Assembly: GCA_048882325.1 (NCBI GenBank)
Contig: JBHLRS010000031.1
Location: 1-33,177, forward strand
Length of the DNA stretch: 33,177 bases
DNA from: Candidatus Thorarchaeota archaeon
GTDB lineage: Archaea; Asgardarchaeota; Thorarchaeia; Thorarchaeales; Thorarchaeaceae
Direction of reading: 5' to 3'
The notes under the pieces: model-generated
What the model saw: the letters and a program-made list of their open reading frames with translations, nothing else
The model's database searches: none
What the model was told of the DNA's origin: nothing
In this document: positions 1-8,877 of the stretch, in pieces
Numbering within the stretch: position 1 is the stretch's first letter
How the letters are laid out: every line of letters starts with the position of its first letter
Made by a program: the position numbers and the translations under genes

Positions 1-1961
1 GATTCGATTATTTTCTTTGTATTGTCCCATGCCCCTCCAGCATTGTCCATGAGGAGAGCAAGGATAAGACCCGCCATGACAGCACCACCCAGATAGCCTG
101 CAAGAGCCTCAAGACCAAATACCGCTCCTGTGATGATGGTCACTATAATTGCAATCAATGTTCCAGGCATGAGTTCTCGAATTGCTCCAGAAGTCGCAAT
201 GGCTATACACCGGTCATAGTCAGGCATTGATGTCCCCTCAAGTATGCCAGGATCTTCGTCAAACTGTCTTCGGATTTCGACTATCATACGTTCAGAGTTA
301 CTTTCAACCCCAAGGATTAGAATTGCCGAGAACGCTACTGGAACAAGAGCACCAATAAGTGCACCAGCTAAGACAGCAGGGTCGGCAATATTCACCATTA
401 GGAGTTCGTCAATTCCTGGTATGTCTAAGGTTTCAGTCGACTCTATGAATGCAGCAAAGAGGGCTAGAACCGAGATTGTTGACGCCCCGATGGCAAAACC
501 CTTGGTGATTGCCTTTGCTGTGTTTCCACTTGCATCTAGTTTGTCACAAGCTACAATTGCTTCTTCACCAGCGTCTGCCTGTTCAATCAATCCTCTCGCA
601 TTGTCAACAATGGGACCATATGCATCGGAACTCATTATCATACCATTTGTGGATAGAAGACCGACAGCAGCGATTGCTACACAATAGATACCACCCTCCC
701 ACGGGTCAAATCTAAGAAATCCACCAAGTAAGAATGAAACCACCATTGCTATTGCTATACCAACAACAGAGGGTATGACACTGAGTAGACCATATGAATA
801 TCCAGACAGAATCAGATTTGCTGTACTCTTATCTGCAGAATCAACCATCCTAGAAACTGGTCTGAAACCACCCAATCCTCGATCATTGGTGAATACATCG
901 CTTGTGAAACCAATAAACACACCAGCCAGTAGACCAACTATTGCAACGATAGCAATGATAATGTTCTGATTGAGAAGCAAGATTAAAGCAACGGTAAAGA
1001 TTGCGAACAATATAGTCGTGATATACGTTCCACGATTTAGAATCGGACCTGGGTCTTGGTCTTCTTTTGGCCTAACTAAAAACACACCCAATACTGAAGC
1101 TATTGTACCAAGTGCGGCAATCATCAGAGGTAGCAGTGCAAAGAATGGATCAGCAGAGGGAATACTGAGATCAATTCCTGCACCGAGGATAGCCGAGGCG
1201 AGAATGGCAGCCACATTACTGTCGTATATATCTGCGCCAGTCCCAGCAACATCTCCAACGTTATCTCCAACAGCATCTGCAATTGCAGCTGGATTTCTTG
1301 GATCATCCTCAGGGATATGATGTTCAATCTTGCCAACGAGGTCAGCCGACAGGTCAGCTGTTTTTGTATAAATTCCACCACCCGCCTTGGCGAATAATGC
1401 GACTGTGCTGGCTCCAAATGAAAAGCCGGTGATGATTTCCCAGAGCTCTGCTTGTTTTTGTACTCCAAAAACTACGAATAGTGAATCGGGAATGACAAAG
1501 TCCCAGAGCCAATATAGTGATGAAAGTCCTATAAGTGCAATTCCTGCAATCATGAGACCCATTACAGACCCTGCACGGAATGCCACCCTGAATGCAGGAT
1601 TCAGTCCTCCTGATTCTGCAGCTGAAGCAGTGCGACGGTTTGCTTTGGTGGCTACAACAATCCCAGTGTATCCAGCTGCCATACTAGCAAGAGACCCTAA
1701 AATGTAAGAGATTGCTATTGGTAGACCAAAAGATCCGAACACAAGTGCAATTATAATTGCTAGAATGAGTGTAAATATTGCTAGAATTCGATATTGGACC
1801 TTTATGAATGAGTAAGCACCTTCTTCCACTAAAGCACTAACCTCTCTCATTTTGTCACTACCTTGGTCAGCCTTCATCACATCTCTATATATGTAAAGAG
1901 CGATGAAAACAGCAAGTAGGCCAGAAAAGAGCCCACCTGAGAGAAAAAGTATCATGGACAT
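1..1961 (-). CDS. hppA: Membrane-bound ion-translocating pyrophosphatase (mPPase), K+-independent type; 3' end lies beyond the left edge
   Basis: Translated by hand (missing from the ORF track): starts MSMILFLSGGLFSG at 1961 and contains GGGIYTKTADLSADLVGKIE, EDDPRNPAAIADAVGDNVGD, DASGNTAKAITKGFAI and MDNAGGAWDNTKKIIE, with many TM segments. Confidence 0.96.
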   Translation of the reverse strand, partial: MSMILFLSGGLFSGLLAVFIALYIYRDVMKADQGSDKMREVSALVEEGAYSFIKVQYRILAIFTLILAIIIALVFGSFGLPIAISYILGSLASMAAGYTGIVVATKANRRTASAAESGGLNPAFRVAFRAGSVMGLMIAGIALIGLSSLYWLWDFVIPDSLFVVFGVQKQAELWEIITGFSFGASTVALFAKAGGGIYTKTADLSADLVGKIEHHIPEDDPRNPAAIADAVGDNVGDVAGTGADIYDSNVAAILASAILGAGIDLSIPSADPFFALLPLMIAALGTIASVLGVFLVRPKEDQDPGPILNRGTYITTILFAIFTVALILLLNQNIIIAIVAIVGLLAGVFIGFTSDVFTNDRGLGGFRPVSRMVDSADKSTANLILSGYSYGLLSVIPSVVGIAIAMVVSFLLGGFLRFDPWEGGIYCVAIAAVGLLSTNGMIMSSDAYGPIVDNARGLIEQADAGEEAIVACDKLDASGNTAKAITKGFAIGASTISVLALFAAFIESTETLDIPGIDELLMVNIADPAVLAGALIGALVPVAFSAILILGVESNSERMIVEIRRQFDEDPGILEGTSMPDYDRCIAIATSGAIRELMPGTLIAIIVTIITGAVFGLEALAGYLGGAVMAGLILALLMDNAGGAWDNTKKIIE

Positions 1962-2058
1962 TGTCGCTTCGAGCCACGCTTTTACAAACCTGATTATAGA
2001 GGTTGCTGTTTGTGAGCTTCCATCATCAAGCTATGTGAAATGTCCAAGATTAGAGGGT

Positions 2059-2142
2059 GGCGAACACACAGAAAGTCGTGGTAGGAGGGGGGAGTTTTCG
2101 TATGAGGGCATTGTTACGAAAAAACAAGTCTGTGTGCTCGCC
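2059..2142 (-). other. Large stem-loop element between the orphan gene stop and the hppA promoter
   Basis: 2059-2072 pairs with 2129-2142 (14 bp; one position is G.U on the minus strand but A.C on plus), enclosing an 8-bp TTTTCGTA/TACGAAAA stem (2095-2122). Confidence 0.55.
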
Positions 2143-2153
2143 TTTGGTCTCAG

Positions 2154-2519
2154 TTAGTCGAGAATCATGTGTCCATGAATATCGTTCAGTTCATTAAACC
2201 GGTTGTAGACCTCTGATGATATCCGCTCAAGATCATCTATCCTGAGAGATTCACCAACACCATCGAGAAGCATCCTTCTGAACCTGGAATTCAGGTACTC
2301 ATCCAACTCTCGAACTGATCTGAATGTGACTTTTAGACTCACCTTATTCGCACCATGTTGATACACCTCTACTCTCGCATTATTGTGTGATGGCCCTTTG
2401 CGCAGCTCTTCCACGATTGCTAGAGCATTCCTTATGTCCTCCCAGACGGTTAGGGTCTTGTTAACAAAAAGCAGGCCCTCAGTGTCGGGTGGTGTTGGCG
2501 TGGCATTGTCCCTACACAT
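2154..2519 (-). CDS. Hypothetical protein (121 aa)
   Basis: ORF fills the gap between the LRR gene and hppA on the same strand; AGGA just upstream of the ATG; no family recognised. Confidence 0.7.
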   Translation of the reverse strand: MCRDNATPTPPDTEGLLFVNKTLTVWEDIRNALAIVEELRKGPSHNNARVEVYQHGANKVSLKVTFRSVRELDEYLNSRFRRMLLDGVGESLRIDDLERISSEVYNRFNELNDIHGHMILD

Positions 2520-2520
2520 T

Positions 2521-2592
2521 TTCCTATGTTACAGTTCACGTGGAGCGAGATAATCATGTATCTCGGTAGTACCGAGCTGACATAGTAGGAGG
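2521..2592. promoter_or_regulatory. Multi-stem structured intergenic element that can occlude the RBS of 2154..2519
   Basis: CTATGT/ACATAG, CAG/CTG, CGAGATA/TATCTCG and CTCGGT/ACCGAG inverted repeats within about 70 nt. Confidence 0.45.
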
Positions 2593-2593
2593 C

Positions 2594-3241
2594 TCAATCC
2601 CACGAAATTCTACTAAGGTAGGGTTTCAATCCAATAGGCACTTTTGCCTGAGTCTTGAGTTTGGACGACGCTACCAGAGATACAGTTTGATCGATACCTA
2701 CCTTGACAAGGTTAGGACAAAGGAGTAAAGGTGAAACATCAATTGCTTCCAGCCGGTTATTTTCAAGTGTAAGGTTTCGTAACTTCTTAGACTTGCTTAA
2801 GATTGAGAGGTCGATGTCTTCAATTTGATTCTCATAGAGGTGGAGTGCTTTCAGACCCTTGCAATGAACCAAAGGAGTAAGATTGATTGAACGAATTCTG
2901 TTGAACGAGAGGTCTAGATGTATAAGACTCGTACATCCCTCAAGGGGAGCCAAGTCAATCTGCTCTATCTCATTCCCACCTAGTGATAGTTCGAGAAGAG
3001 CATCGCAATCCCTTAGCGGAGTAAGGTCAATGCTCTGTATCTCATTCCCAGAGAGTGTAAGTGCCTCTACATTGGAGAACTGATTAAGAACAGAGAGATC
3101 GGTCGAACCAATCCTTCTGTCACTGAGATCAATACTCGTTGCATTAGGAGGAAACCGTTCGACCACTTTTCCACCCTTTTTAGTCTCGCTCCAGATGGTT
3201 ATGTCTTCCATTTCCGATTCATCCAAGGACATCGAATACAT
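2594..3241 (-). CDS. Leucine-rich repeat protein
   Basis: About six 22-aa repeats of the form LxxLxLxxNxIxxIDLxPL. Confidence 0.92.
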   Translation of the reverse strand: MYSMSLDESEMEDITIWSETKKGGKVVERFPPNATSIDLSDRRIGSTDLSVLNQFSNVEALTLSGNEIQSIDLTPLRDCDALLELSLGGNEIEQIDLAPLEGCTSLIHLDLSFNRIRSINLTPLVHCKGLKALHLYENQIEDIDLSILSKSKKLRNLTLENNRLEAIDVSPLLLCPNLVKVGIDQTVSLVASSKLKTQAKVPIGLKPYLSRISWD

Positions 3242-3349
3242 TCCTCACTTATAATCTGGTATGGATAGTGAATACAAAAGCACAACCAATTCAGCTGGAG
3301 TTATTTGGTGGAAGTACTTTATTCAGACTTGACTTGCGGAGTTGGTTTA

Positions 3350-3679
3350 TTGAGTCTGAAAGGTCCACTTCGCGATAAGAAGGGCTACATCAAGACAGTA
3401 TTGGAACCAATTGATGTGAAACTGCAGAGCCTAATGAACAGGACTACGGGTGATGCCATTTCATACTACGAGATTATTTGGGATACTCCCACAGCTGAAC
3501 CTCGAACTGGTGAAATTGAGATAGTCCTAATGTCACGATTTGATGAGTTACTTTTCAGAATCTTGATTGAAAGTCTAGAGAGCCAGCGGGTTGTGAGGCG
3601 GGTGAGTAGTCGTACAACGAGGGTCTTCTTCAGACACTCTGCCAGTCTTGAGGTTTCAATAGACACGTCAGCTGTGTAG
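3350..3679 (+). CDS. Hypothetical protein (probable TTG start at 3350; ORF track starts at 3305)
   Basis: TATA-like TTTATT near 3317 and GGAG upstream of the in-frame TTG at 3350; divergent from the LRR gene. Confidence 0.6.
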   Translation: MSLKGPLRDKKGYIKTVLEPIDVKLQSLMNRTTGDAISYYEIIWDTPTAEPRTGEIEIVLMSRFDELLFRILIESLESQRVVRRVSSRTTRVFFRHSASLEVSIDTSAV

Positions 3680-3701
3680 GATGGCTGATAGTATCTGAGG
3701 A

Positions 3702-4094
3702 CTATATGATTTTGCGAATTGCTCTCAGGTCTTCGATGAAGAGCAGGCCAAAGAAAAGATCAACAATAACAAAACCGACAACCCAGATTGATGCTTGTCC
3801 TAGTATAAACCAAGCTAGTCCAATAACAAAGACCCATGACTTCTCAAATGCTGCGACCTGAATTAGTCCATGGTTCTCACTCATTTTCTTACTGACTAAA
3901 TAAAAACCGATTCCAAATGCAAAGATCAGTCCCATAAAACAGTCAAACCAGAGCATTGTGTTGGGAATCACAAGGTCAACAGCCAAGAAATAGTTCATGT
4001 TAATCCTTGGGAGAACAAGAAAGCCAATTGCAAGAATCCAGTTCCACATGGCAGCGACAAGGAACATAAATCGATGATATCGTTCTCTATCCAA
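3702..4094 (-). CDS. Small integral membrane protein (about 4 TM), unknown function
   Basis: Four hydrophobic segments; GGTGA SD before a TTG start. Confidence 0.8.
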   Translation of the reverse strand: MDRERYHRFMFLVAAMWNWILAIGFLVLPRINMNYFLAVDLVIPNTMLWFDCFMGLIFAFGIGFYLVSKKMSENHGLIQVAAFEKSWVFVIGLAWFILGQASIWVVGFVIVDLFFGLLFIEDLRAIRKII

Positions 4095-4169
4095 AGTTTT
4101 TCACCGAGTATCGCCCGATTATCCAAGATATAACTCCAGTGACTTTTAGATTCAGTCGCGTATACAGGT

Positions 4170-4204
4170 CAAAACAGAACAGGAGGGGGATCTGATGACC
4201 CCCC
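4170..4204 (-). terminator. Hairpin plus pyrimidine/U-rich tract downstream of the M14 peptidase
   Basis: Minus strand GGGGGGUC-AUCA-GAUCCCCC (8 bp including one G.U) followed by UCCUGUUCUGUUUU. Confidence 0.6.
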
Positions 4205-4219
4205 ATAATGTCTATGATA

Positions 4220-5929
4220 CTAACGGTTCTTTACAAAATAGACCACAACAACTATGGCAATAATGGCAACTCCTGCAACTGCTCCTATGAAGAGTGGGTT
4301 GAAGGGTGCTGAAGGAACTCCAACTAACAGCAGGAACTCTGTGAACCCAGTGTAGTTGTTCCCAATATAGATGCTCAACCCGGTACTATTCAGGTCCTCT
4401 GGAAGAAGTATCGAGGCTTGGTCAGTCAGTGACTGTCCACCACCGACCGCAATCAGTGTATCCAGCTCTGAACCTGAGGAATCAAGGATTAACACACTAT
4501 TCTTACTCCCAAGCCGCGGACTAAGGCATGTTGTTCTGGATGAGAAGGAAACACTCTCACCAGCAGCTACTCCTCCAGACACAGTAGTGATTGAAACGTC
4601 AAGCCTGGGTGTCATCTGAAGAAGATACACAAATGCTGCACGCAGGTCTTCCCAGAGTGAATTGATACCCTCTTCTACTGGATTAAAGTAGCCATAGATG
4701 CCTTTCCACTCTCGAATGATATGCGTACTGTTCTCTTCTATGATTACATGGGCTTCTTCTGCATCTACGGAACCATTGTGGTATATCTCGAATGTGATTG
4801 GCACAGTTGTGCCCTGCTCAAAATACATCCATTCCTTCCAACCACCACTTAGACCAGCTTCAAGTGATCTTCTCGACGTTACTGTTGTAGTATAACCTAG
4901 AAATTCATTGAAACCATCTGGCAACAAATCTGCATAATCTGATGCGATGTCTCCATAGACAACTTCTGGCCAGTGCTCAAGGGTATCAGTCGGAAAGTAG
5001 GTCGCGTTGATTCCTGAGTGCAGTGAGTAAGCCATTGCAAACCGATGTTTCAGGGCAAAATCACGAAACGCTTGAGTTTCAGGCTCTGAGAAGGGTTCAG
5101 TTCCACAATAAACCTGAGTTATTGGGTTAAGCAAATCGCCCCCACCAAGCGACCAGTATTTTGCATAGTTGCGATTGAGATCAACAAGACCAACTTCATC
5201 TTCGTTGACCAGTGAGTCATTATCATTGTCAATCCCCTCCCAATACTCCCAGTCGTAGCTGTTTATTGGAGGATTCTGTGTTGGAAAGTCCTTTTCGTAC
5301 ACAAGGTAATTCGAGATGCTACCATCACCATTTACATCCTCAACATCATCCTCAGAGAACTCGCCATCACCGTCATTGTCAAACGGCCTCAGGTTCTTCC
5401 GTAACCAATGATTTCCTTGGTTGATGACGATCTCAAGAGCATCTGGATTTAGAGTAGGAATGATATAGATCTCTTGAGTGTCGACATATTCTGTGATGGT
5501 TTCATTGACTCCATAGTTGTTTAGGAGATACAGTATAAACCTAAGTGCAATCTCCACTGTGATTTGTTCTCTTCCATGATGCTGGGCAACAACCAGTGTT
5601 TTGGCCTTCTGAACTGTGTTTAACTCGTTGGTTACGCGCACGCATGTCAGATTACGTCCTTGATAGCTCTGACCTATTATTTCTAGATCTACGAGTTCAG
5701 GTACAAGACTATGTATATTCTCTAGCTCTTCATTCAATTCAATAGGGTCATGGAACACTCCATCATAGACCAGGTTGATTGTACTCCAGCTTCGTGTTAC
5801 TGAATCAGTAATAACTTTCTCAATCAAAGGTGTATCTCCTATTGGTTGGGAAGCCATCACCTGAAGTGGGGCTATTGTCAGCGTTAGAATGAGGGAGAAG
5901 AGAAGAATCCTAGATTTGGTATGTGTGAT
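4220..5929 (-). CDS. Secreted, C-terminally membrane-anchored M14 zinc carboxypeptidase (start probably ATC at 5929; ORF track starts at 5860)
   Basis: HHGRE, NPD, RKN, DLNRNY, SEPET and SLHSG motifs; DxDGDG acidic insert; C-terminal TM plus KNR; a signal-peptide-like stretch lies in frame upstream of 5860. Confidence 0.9.
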   Translation of the reverse strand: MTHTKSRILLFSLILTLTIAPLQVMASQPIGDTPLIEKVITDSVTRSWSTINLVYDGVFHDPIELNEELENIHSLVPELVDLEIIGQSYQGRNLTCVRVTNELNTVQKAKTLVVAQHHGREQITVEIALRFILYLLNNYGVNETITEYVDTQEIYIIPTLNPDALEIVINQGNHWLRKNLRPFDNDGDGEFSEDDVEDVNGDGSISNYLVYEKDFPTQNPPINSYDWEYWEGIDNDNDSLVNEDEVGLVDLNRNYAKYWSLGGGDLLNPITQVYCGTEPFSEPETQAFRDFALKHRFAMAYSLHSGINATYFPTDTLEHWPEVVYGDIASDYADLLPDGFNEFLGYTTTVTSRRSLEAGLSGGWKEWMYFEQGTTVPITFEIYHNGSVDAEEAHVIIEENSTHIIREWKGIYGYFNPVEEGINSLWEDLRAAFVYLLQMTPRLDVSITTVSGGVAAGESVSFSSRTTCLSPRLGSKNSVLILDSSGSELDTLIAVGGGQSLTDQASILLPEDLNSTGLSIYIGNNYTGFTEFLLLVGVPSAPFNPLFIGAVAGVAIIAIVVVVYFVKNR

Positions 5930-6207
5930 ATCAGTTCACCTCATATTTTATGTTAGTTTGATGGTTCCCAGCCAAACCTCCTGACAATCTCCAGCCTGGG
6001 ACCTATTTGCAGACTTTCAGAATACTCGCAGTCCCTATAATAGCCGTTTAGTTTCACGTAATACCTCGCGGAATTGTAGATGCTAAATCACTCAAGAAAA
6101 GCTGGAACATCATGGACCGTATTGGACTCTCGAAGTGATGCGATTATTGATTGAGAATCGAACTGCCTATAAGACATTAATGCAATGACCTGCGAGTCGG
6201 GATTAGA

Positions 6208-6480
6208 ATGACTAAGATAAAGGTCACAGTCGAGAAGATTGATGGACATTGCAACCTTCCAATGCAGGTTGGTGATTATTTCTTTGTGGAGGGTTCAAAG
6301 CTGACTGTTCCTGAGGGGCAACATGTATGTATTTGGGCACTCCAGAGCATGATGCCGGTCTTTCCAATCTATGATGTTAAGGAAACATTGCCAAATGAGC
6401 ACTGGGTCAAGAGTGTCAGGCACTTTATTTGCCCAGATCCTGATGGTCGTGTTTTGTATCGACTTGAAACTATTGAGTAG
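6208..6480 (+). CDS. TIGR04076-family small Cys protein
   Basis: KIKVTV..GHC...VGDYF...CIWAL...CPD..GRVLYRLE pattern. Confidence 0.8.
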   Translation: MTKIKVTVEKIDGHCNLPMQVGDYFFVEGSKLTVPEGQHVCIWALQSMMPVFPIYDVKETLPNEHWVKSVRHFICPDPDGRVLYRLETIE

Positions 6481-6496
6481 TTAGGTGTAATAGTGG

Positions 6497-7015
6497 ATGA
6501 TACAGGTTGATTTGAGCAAGTGTACAGGTTGTCGTAGCTGTGAGACTGCTTGCTCTTTCTACAGGTCAGGCAAAGTCAGTAGGCATCTATCAAGAATCAA
6601 GGTGATGCACATCTACGAAACAGGCATTGATGGACCTGTTACTTGTGTTCAGTGCGATGAGCGATATTGCTTGTCGTGCCCTGAGGATGCTCTGATGCTT
6701 GGAAACCTAGGTCAAGTAATAGTATCACCTACAATCTGCACAAGATGTAAAGTGTGTGTCAGAAAATGTCCGATTGGAGCAATCGATTTGTACAATGACA
6801 TCATCTACGTGTGTGATTTGTGCGGGGGGAAACCAAAGTGCATAGAAGCTTGTACAGAAGGTGCAATTCTATTCAAACCAAACGAAGCTGGTAGTAGGCC
6901 ACTTGAAGAATTCATGGAGCACTCAAAGGGTATGAACCCAAGCGAGAAGAGACACCAGTATATTGTGACTCTTGGAGAGATCCTAAGGGAGAACTGGAGG
7001 AATCATCATGACTAA
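6497..7015 (+). CDS. 4Fe-4S polyferredoxin (DmsB-like small subunit of AOR)
   Basis: Four Cys clusters: CTGCRSCETAC, CVQC...CLSCP, CTRCKVCVRKCP, CDLC...CIEAC; overlaps the aor start. Confidence 0.93.
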   Translation: MIQVDLSKCTGCRSCETACSFYRSGKVSRHLSRIKVMHIYETGIDGPVTCVQCDERYCLSCPEDALMLGNLGQVIVSPTICTRCKVCVRKCPIGAIDLYNDIIYVCDLCGGKPKCIEACTEGAILFKPNEAGSRPLEEFMEHSKGMNPSEKRHQYIVTLGEILRENWRNHHD

Positions 7016-8807
7016 CTATGGATATGGAGGGAAGGTCCTTCGTATCGACCTCTCCAGCAAAAGCTTCAAGATAGAGCCTCTGAACTCATCATGGATTAAA
7101 CCGGTCATTGGCGGTCGAGCAGCTAATACAAAACGACTCTATGAAGAATTGAATTTTGATTGCGACCCAATGAGTCCAGAGAACATGCTTGTATTTGGTG
7201 TTGGACCTCTAACAGGCTCGGTTCTCCCAGCATCAGCATACTTCACGGTCAGTGCAAAGTCTCCAATGACAGGCATCCTTGGTGACTCAGCTGCTGGAGG
7301 ACAATTTGCCGCTGAGATGAAACTCACGGGATTTGACCAGATTGTCATAACAGGAGCTAGTGAGAACCTTTGCTATCTGGTTGTGGATGATGAGGGAGTG
7401 GATTTTGTAGGGGCACCTGAGCTTGCTGGAAAGAACATTGTTCAAAGCACCGCTCAGATCCGTAAACGAACCAGAGATCATGGACTGCAGGTTGCTGCGA
7501 TTGGTCTGGCTGGGGAGAACAGAGTTGCGTTCTCAACGATTGTTTCCAGTGGGAACAGAGTGAATGGTCGATGTGGCATGGGTGCAGTCATGGGCTCCAA
7601 GAACTTGAAAGCAATTGCACTGAAAGGGACTAGTGTGACCGAGTATGCAGACACACTTGCACTCATTTCCGAGTCAGAGAGAATCAGACAGAATATCTTG
7701 ACCCACAACGAGTACGACAAACGATACCACATGGGTACGACAATGCTCATGAATGATCTCAACAGCATTGGTATTCTTCCCACTAAACATTTTCAGGATG
7801 GTGTCTGCGACTATGTTGACAAGATTTCTGGAGAGAGGCTCGCTGAAGAGTTCAAGGTGAAGAACAAGGGTTGCTTCAACTGTAATCTTCATTGTTCGAG
7901 GTACTACATCACTGGTAGTTCAGAAGCTGAAGGTCCTGAGTTTGAAACTCTCTGCAGCTTCAGTTCACGTTTAGGAAGCTCAGACCTCTCATTTGCACTT
8001 GACATGAACACATGGCTCAATCAAATGGGACTTGACTGCATCTCCACATCGGAGGTGATTGGATGGCTGATAGAATGCCAAGAGAAGGGATTGATAGACC
8101 CGAAGGATGTGGGTGGTGTCAGAATCTCCTGGGGCGATACAGAAAGGATACAGGAACTTGTGGAGAAAATCACCTACAGAGAAGGTATCGGTGATAAGTT
8201 AGCCATGGGAGCGACTAGATTCTCCAAAGAATTCAGTCTAGAGGCTAAGAAGCTGGTGATGCAGGTCAAGGGACTCGACATCATCTGTGGTGATCCTAGA
8301 GGAATCAAGGCATACGGTCTAACTTATGCCATAGCTTCTAGAGGTGGAGATCATCTTCGAGCAGAACCCTATTTTGAACTGACAAATCGGACTGAAGAGG
8401 CAAAGAAACGATTTGGGACCGAGAAAGCAGCACTGCGACTTGAGGAGGAGGGAAAGGCTGCACTTGTGACATATTCAGAGAAGATTGCCTTACTCACTGA
8501 CTCGCTCACGATGTGTAAGAACATAGGTCTCTGTATGGACATCCTGAACTTTGAGAGTGCATCTATTCTTCTGAACGCAGCCACTGGTATAGAGTACACA
8601 CCAGACTATATTCAGAAGATAATGGGTGACTCGGTTGATCTGCAGTTCAAACTCAATCGCAAGTTTGGACTAACACGTATGGATGACACTCTTCCTGAAC
8701 GTTTCACTAGTGAACCGCTTCCCAGAGGGGCCACAAAGGACTCGACTGTTGACATTCAAAGAATGGTCGACGAGTACTATGATTTACACGGGTGGGAATC
8801 AAAGTAA
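7008..8807 (+). CDS. aor: Tungsten-dependent aldehyde:ferredoxin oxidoreductase family protein
   Basis: GYGGKVLRIDLS, KSPMTG, GRCGMGAVMGSKNLKAI, CFNCNLHC, EGPEFET, RGGDHL, DDTLPERF, EYYDLHGW. Confidence 0.95.
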   Translation: MTNYGYGGKVLRIDLSSKSFKIEPLNSSWIKPVIGGRAANTKRLYEELNFDCDPMSPENMLVFGVGPLTGSVLPASAYFTVSAKSPMTGILGDSAAGGQFAAEMKLTGFDQIVITGASENLCYLVVDDEGVDFVGAPELAGKNIVQSTAQIRKRTRDHGLQVAAIGLAGENRVAFSTIVSSGNRVNGRCGMGAVMGSKNLKAIALKGTSVTEYADTLALISESERIRQNILTHNEYDKRYHMGTTMLMNDLNSIGILPTKHFQDGVCDYVDKISGERLAEEFKVKNKGCFNCNLHCSRYYITGSSEAEGPEFETLCSFSSRLGSSDLSFALDMNTWLNQMGLDCISTSEVIGWLIECQEKGLIDPKDVGGVRISWGDTERIQELVEKITYREGIGDKLAMGATRFSKEFSLEAKKLVMQVKGLDIICGDPRGIKAYGLTYAIASRGGDHLRAEPYFELTNRTEEAKKRFGTEKAALRLEEEGKAALVTYSEKIALLTDSLTMCKNIGLCMDILNFESASILLNAATGIEYTPDYIQKIMGDSVDLQFKLNRKFGLTRMDDTLPERFTSEPLPRGATKDSTVDIQRMVDEYYDLHGWESK

Positions 8808-8877
8808 GTCTTGGTCTTTTGTCAACGAAACAATGTACATAAGAGGGAAAGAACAAAGGTACAATCGGCGACAGTTC

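Noticed and set aside
244-1707. Plus-strand ORFs (244-687, 509-715, 775-969, 970-1320, 1387-1707) and minus-strand 1124-1468
   Set aside because: Antisense or off-frame shadows of hppA, which the ORF track missed because it has no stop codon within the window
1903-2197. Plus-strand 84-aa ORF (1903-2157) and a 31-aa ORF from ATG 2102 behind a G-rich SD-like run
   Set aside because: They overlap real genes on the opposite strand, have no recognisable features, and the region is better explained as an RNA stem
2521-2592. tRNA, C/D box sRNA or SECIS reading of the multi-stem element
   Set aside because: No TTC T-loop or 7-bp acceptor geometry, no properly placed box C, and the AUGA...GA spacing is too short for a SECIS helix II
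5936-5944. In-frame UGA as selenocysteine in the M14 peptidase
   Set aside because: It would fall at residue 3 of a signal peptide, coincides with the GAGGTGA SD, and I see no SECIS-like element downstream
8683-8877. N-terminal extension of flavodoxin in the ORF track
   Set aside because: It overlaps aor; the flavodoxin fold begins at ATG 8878
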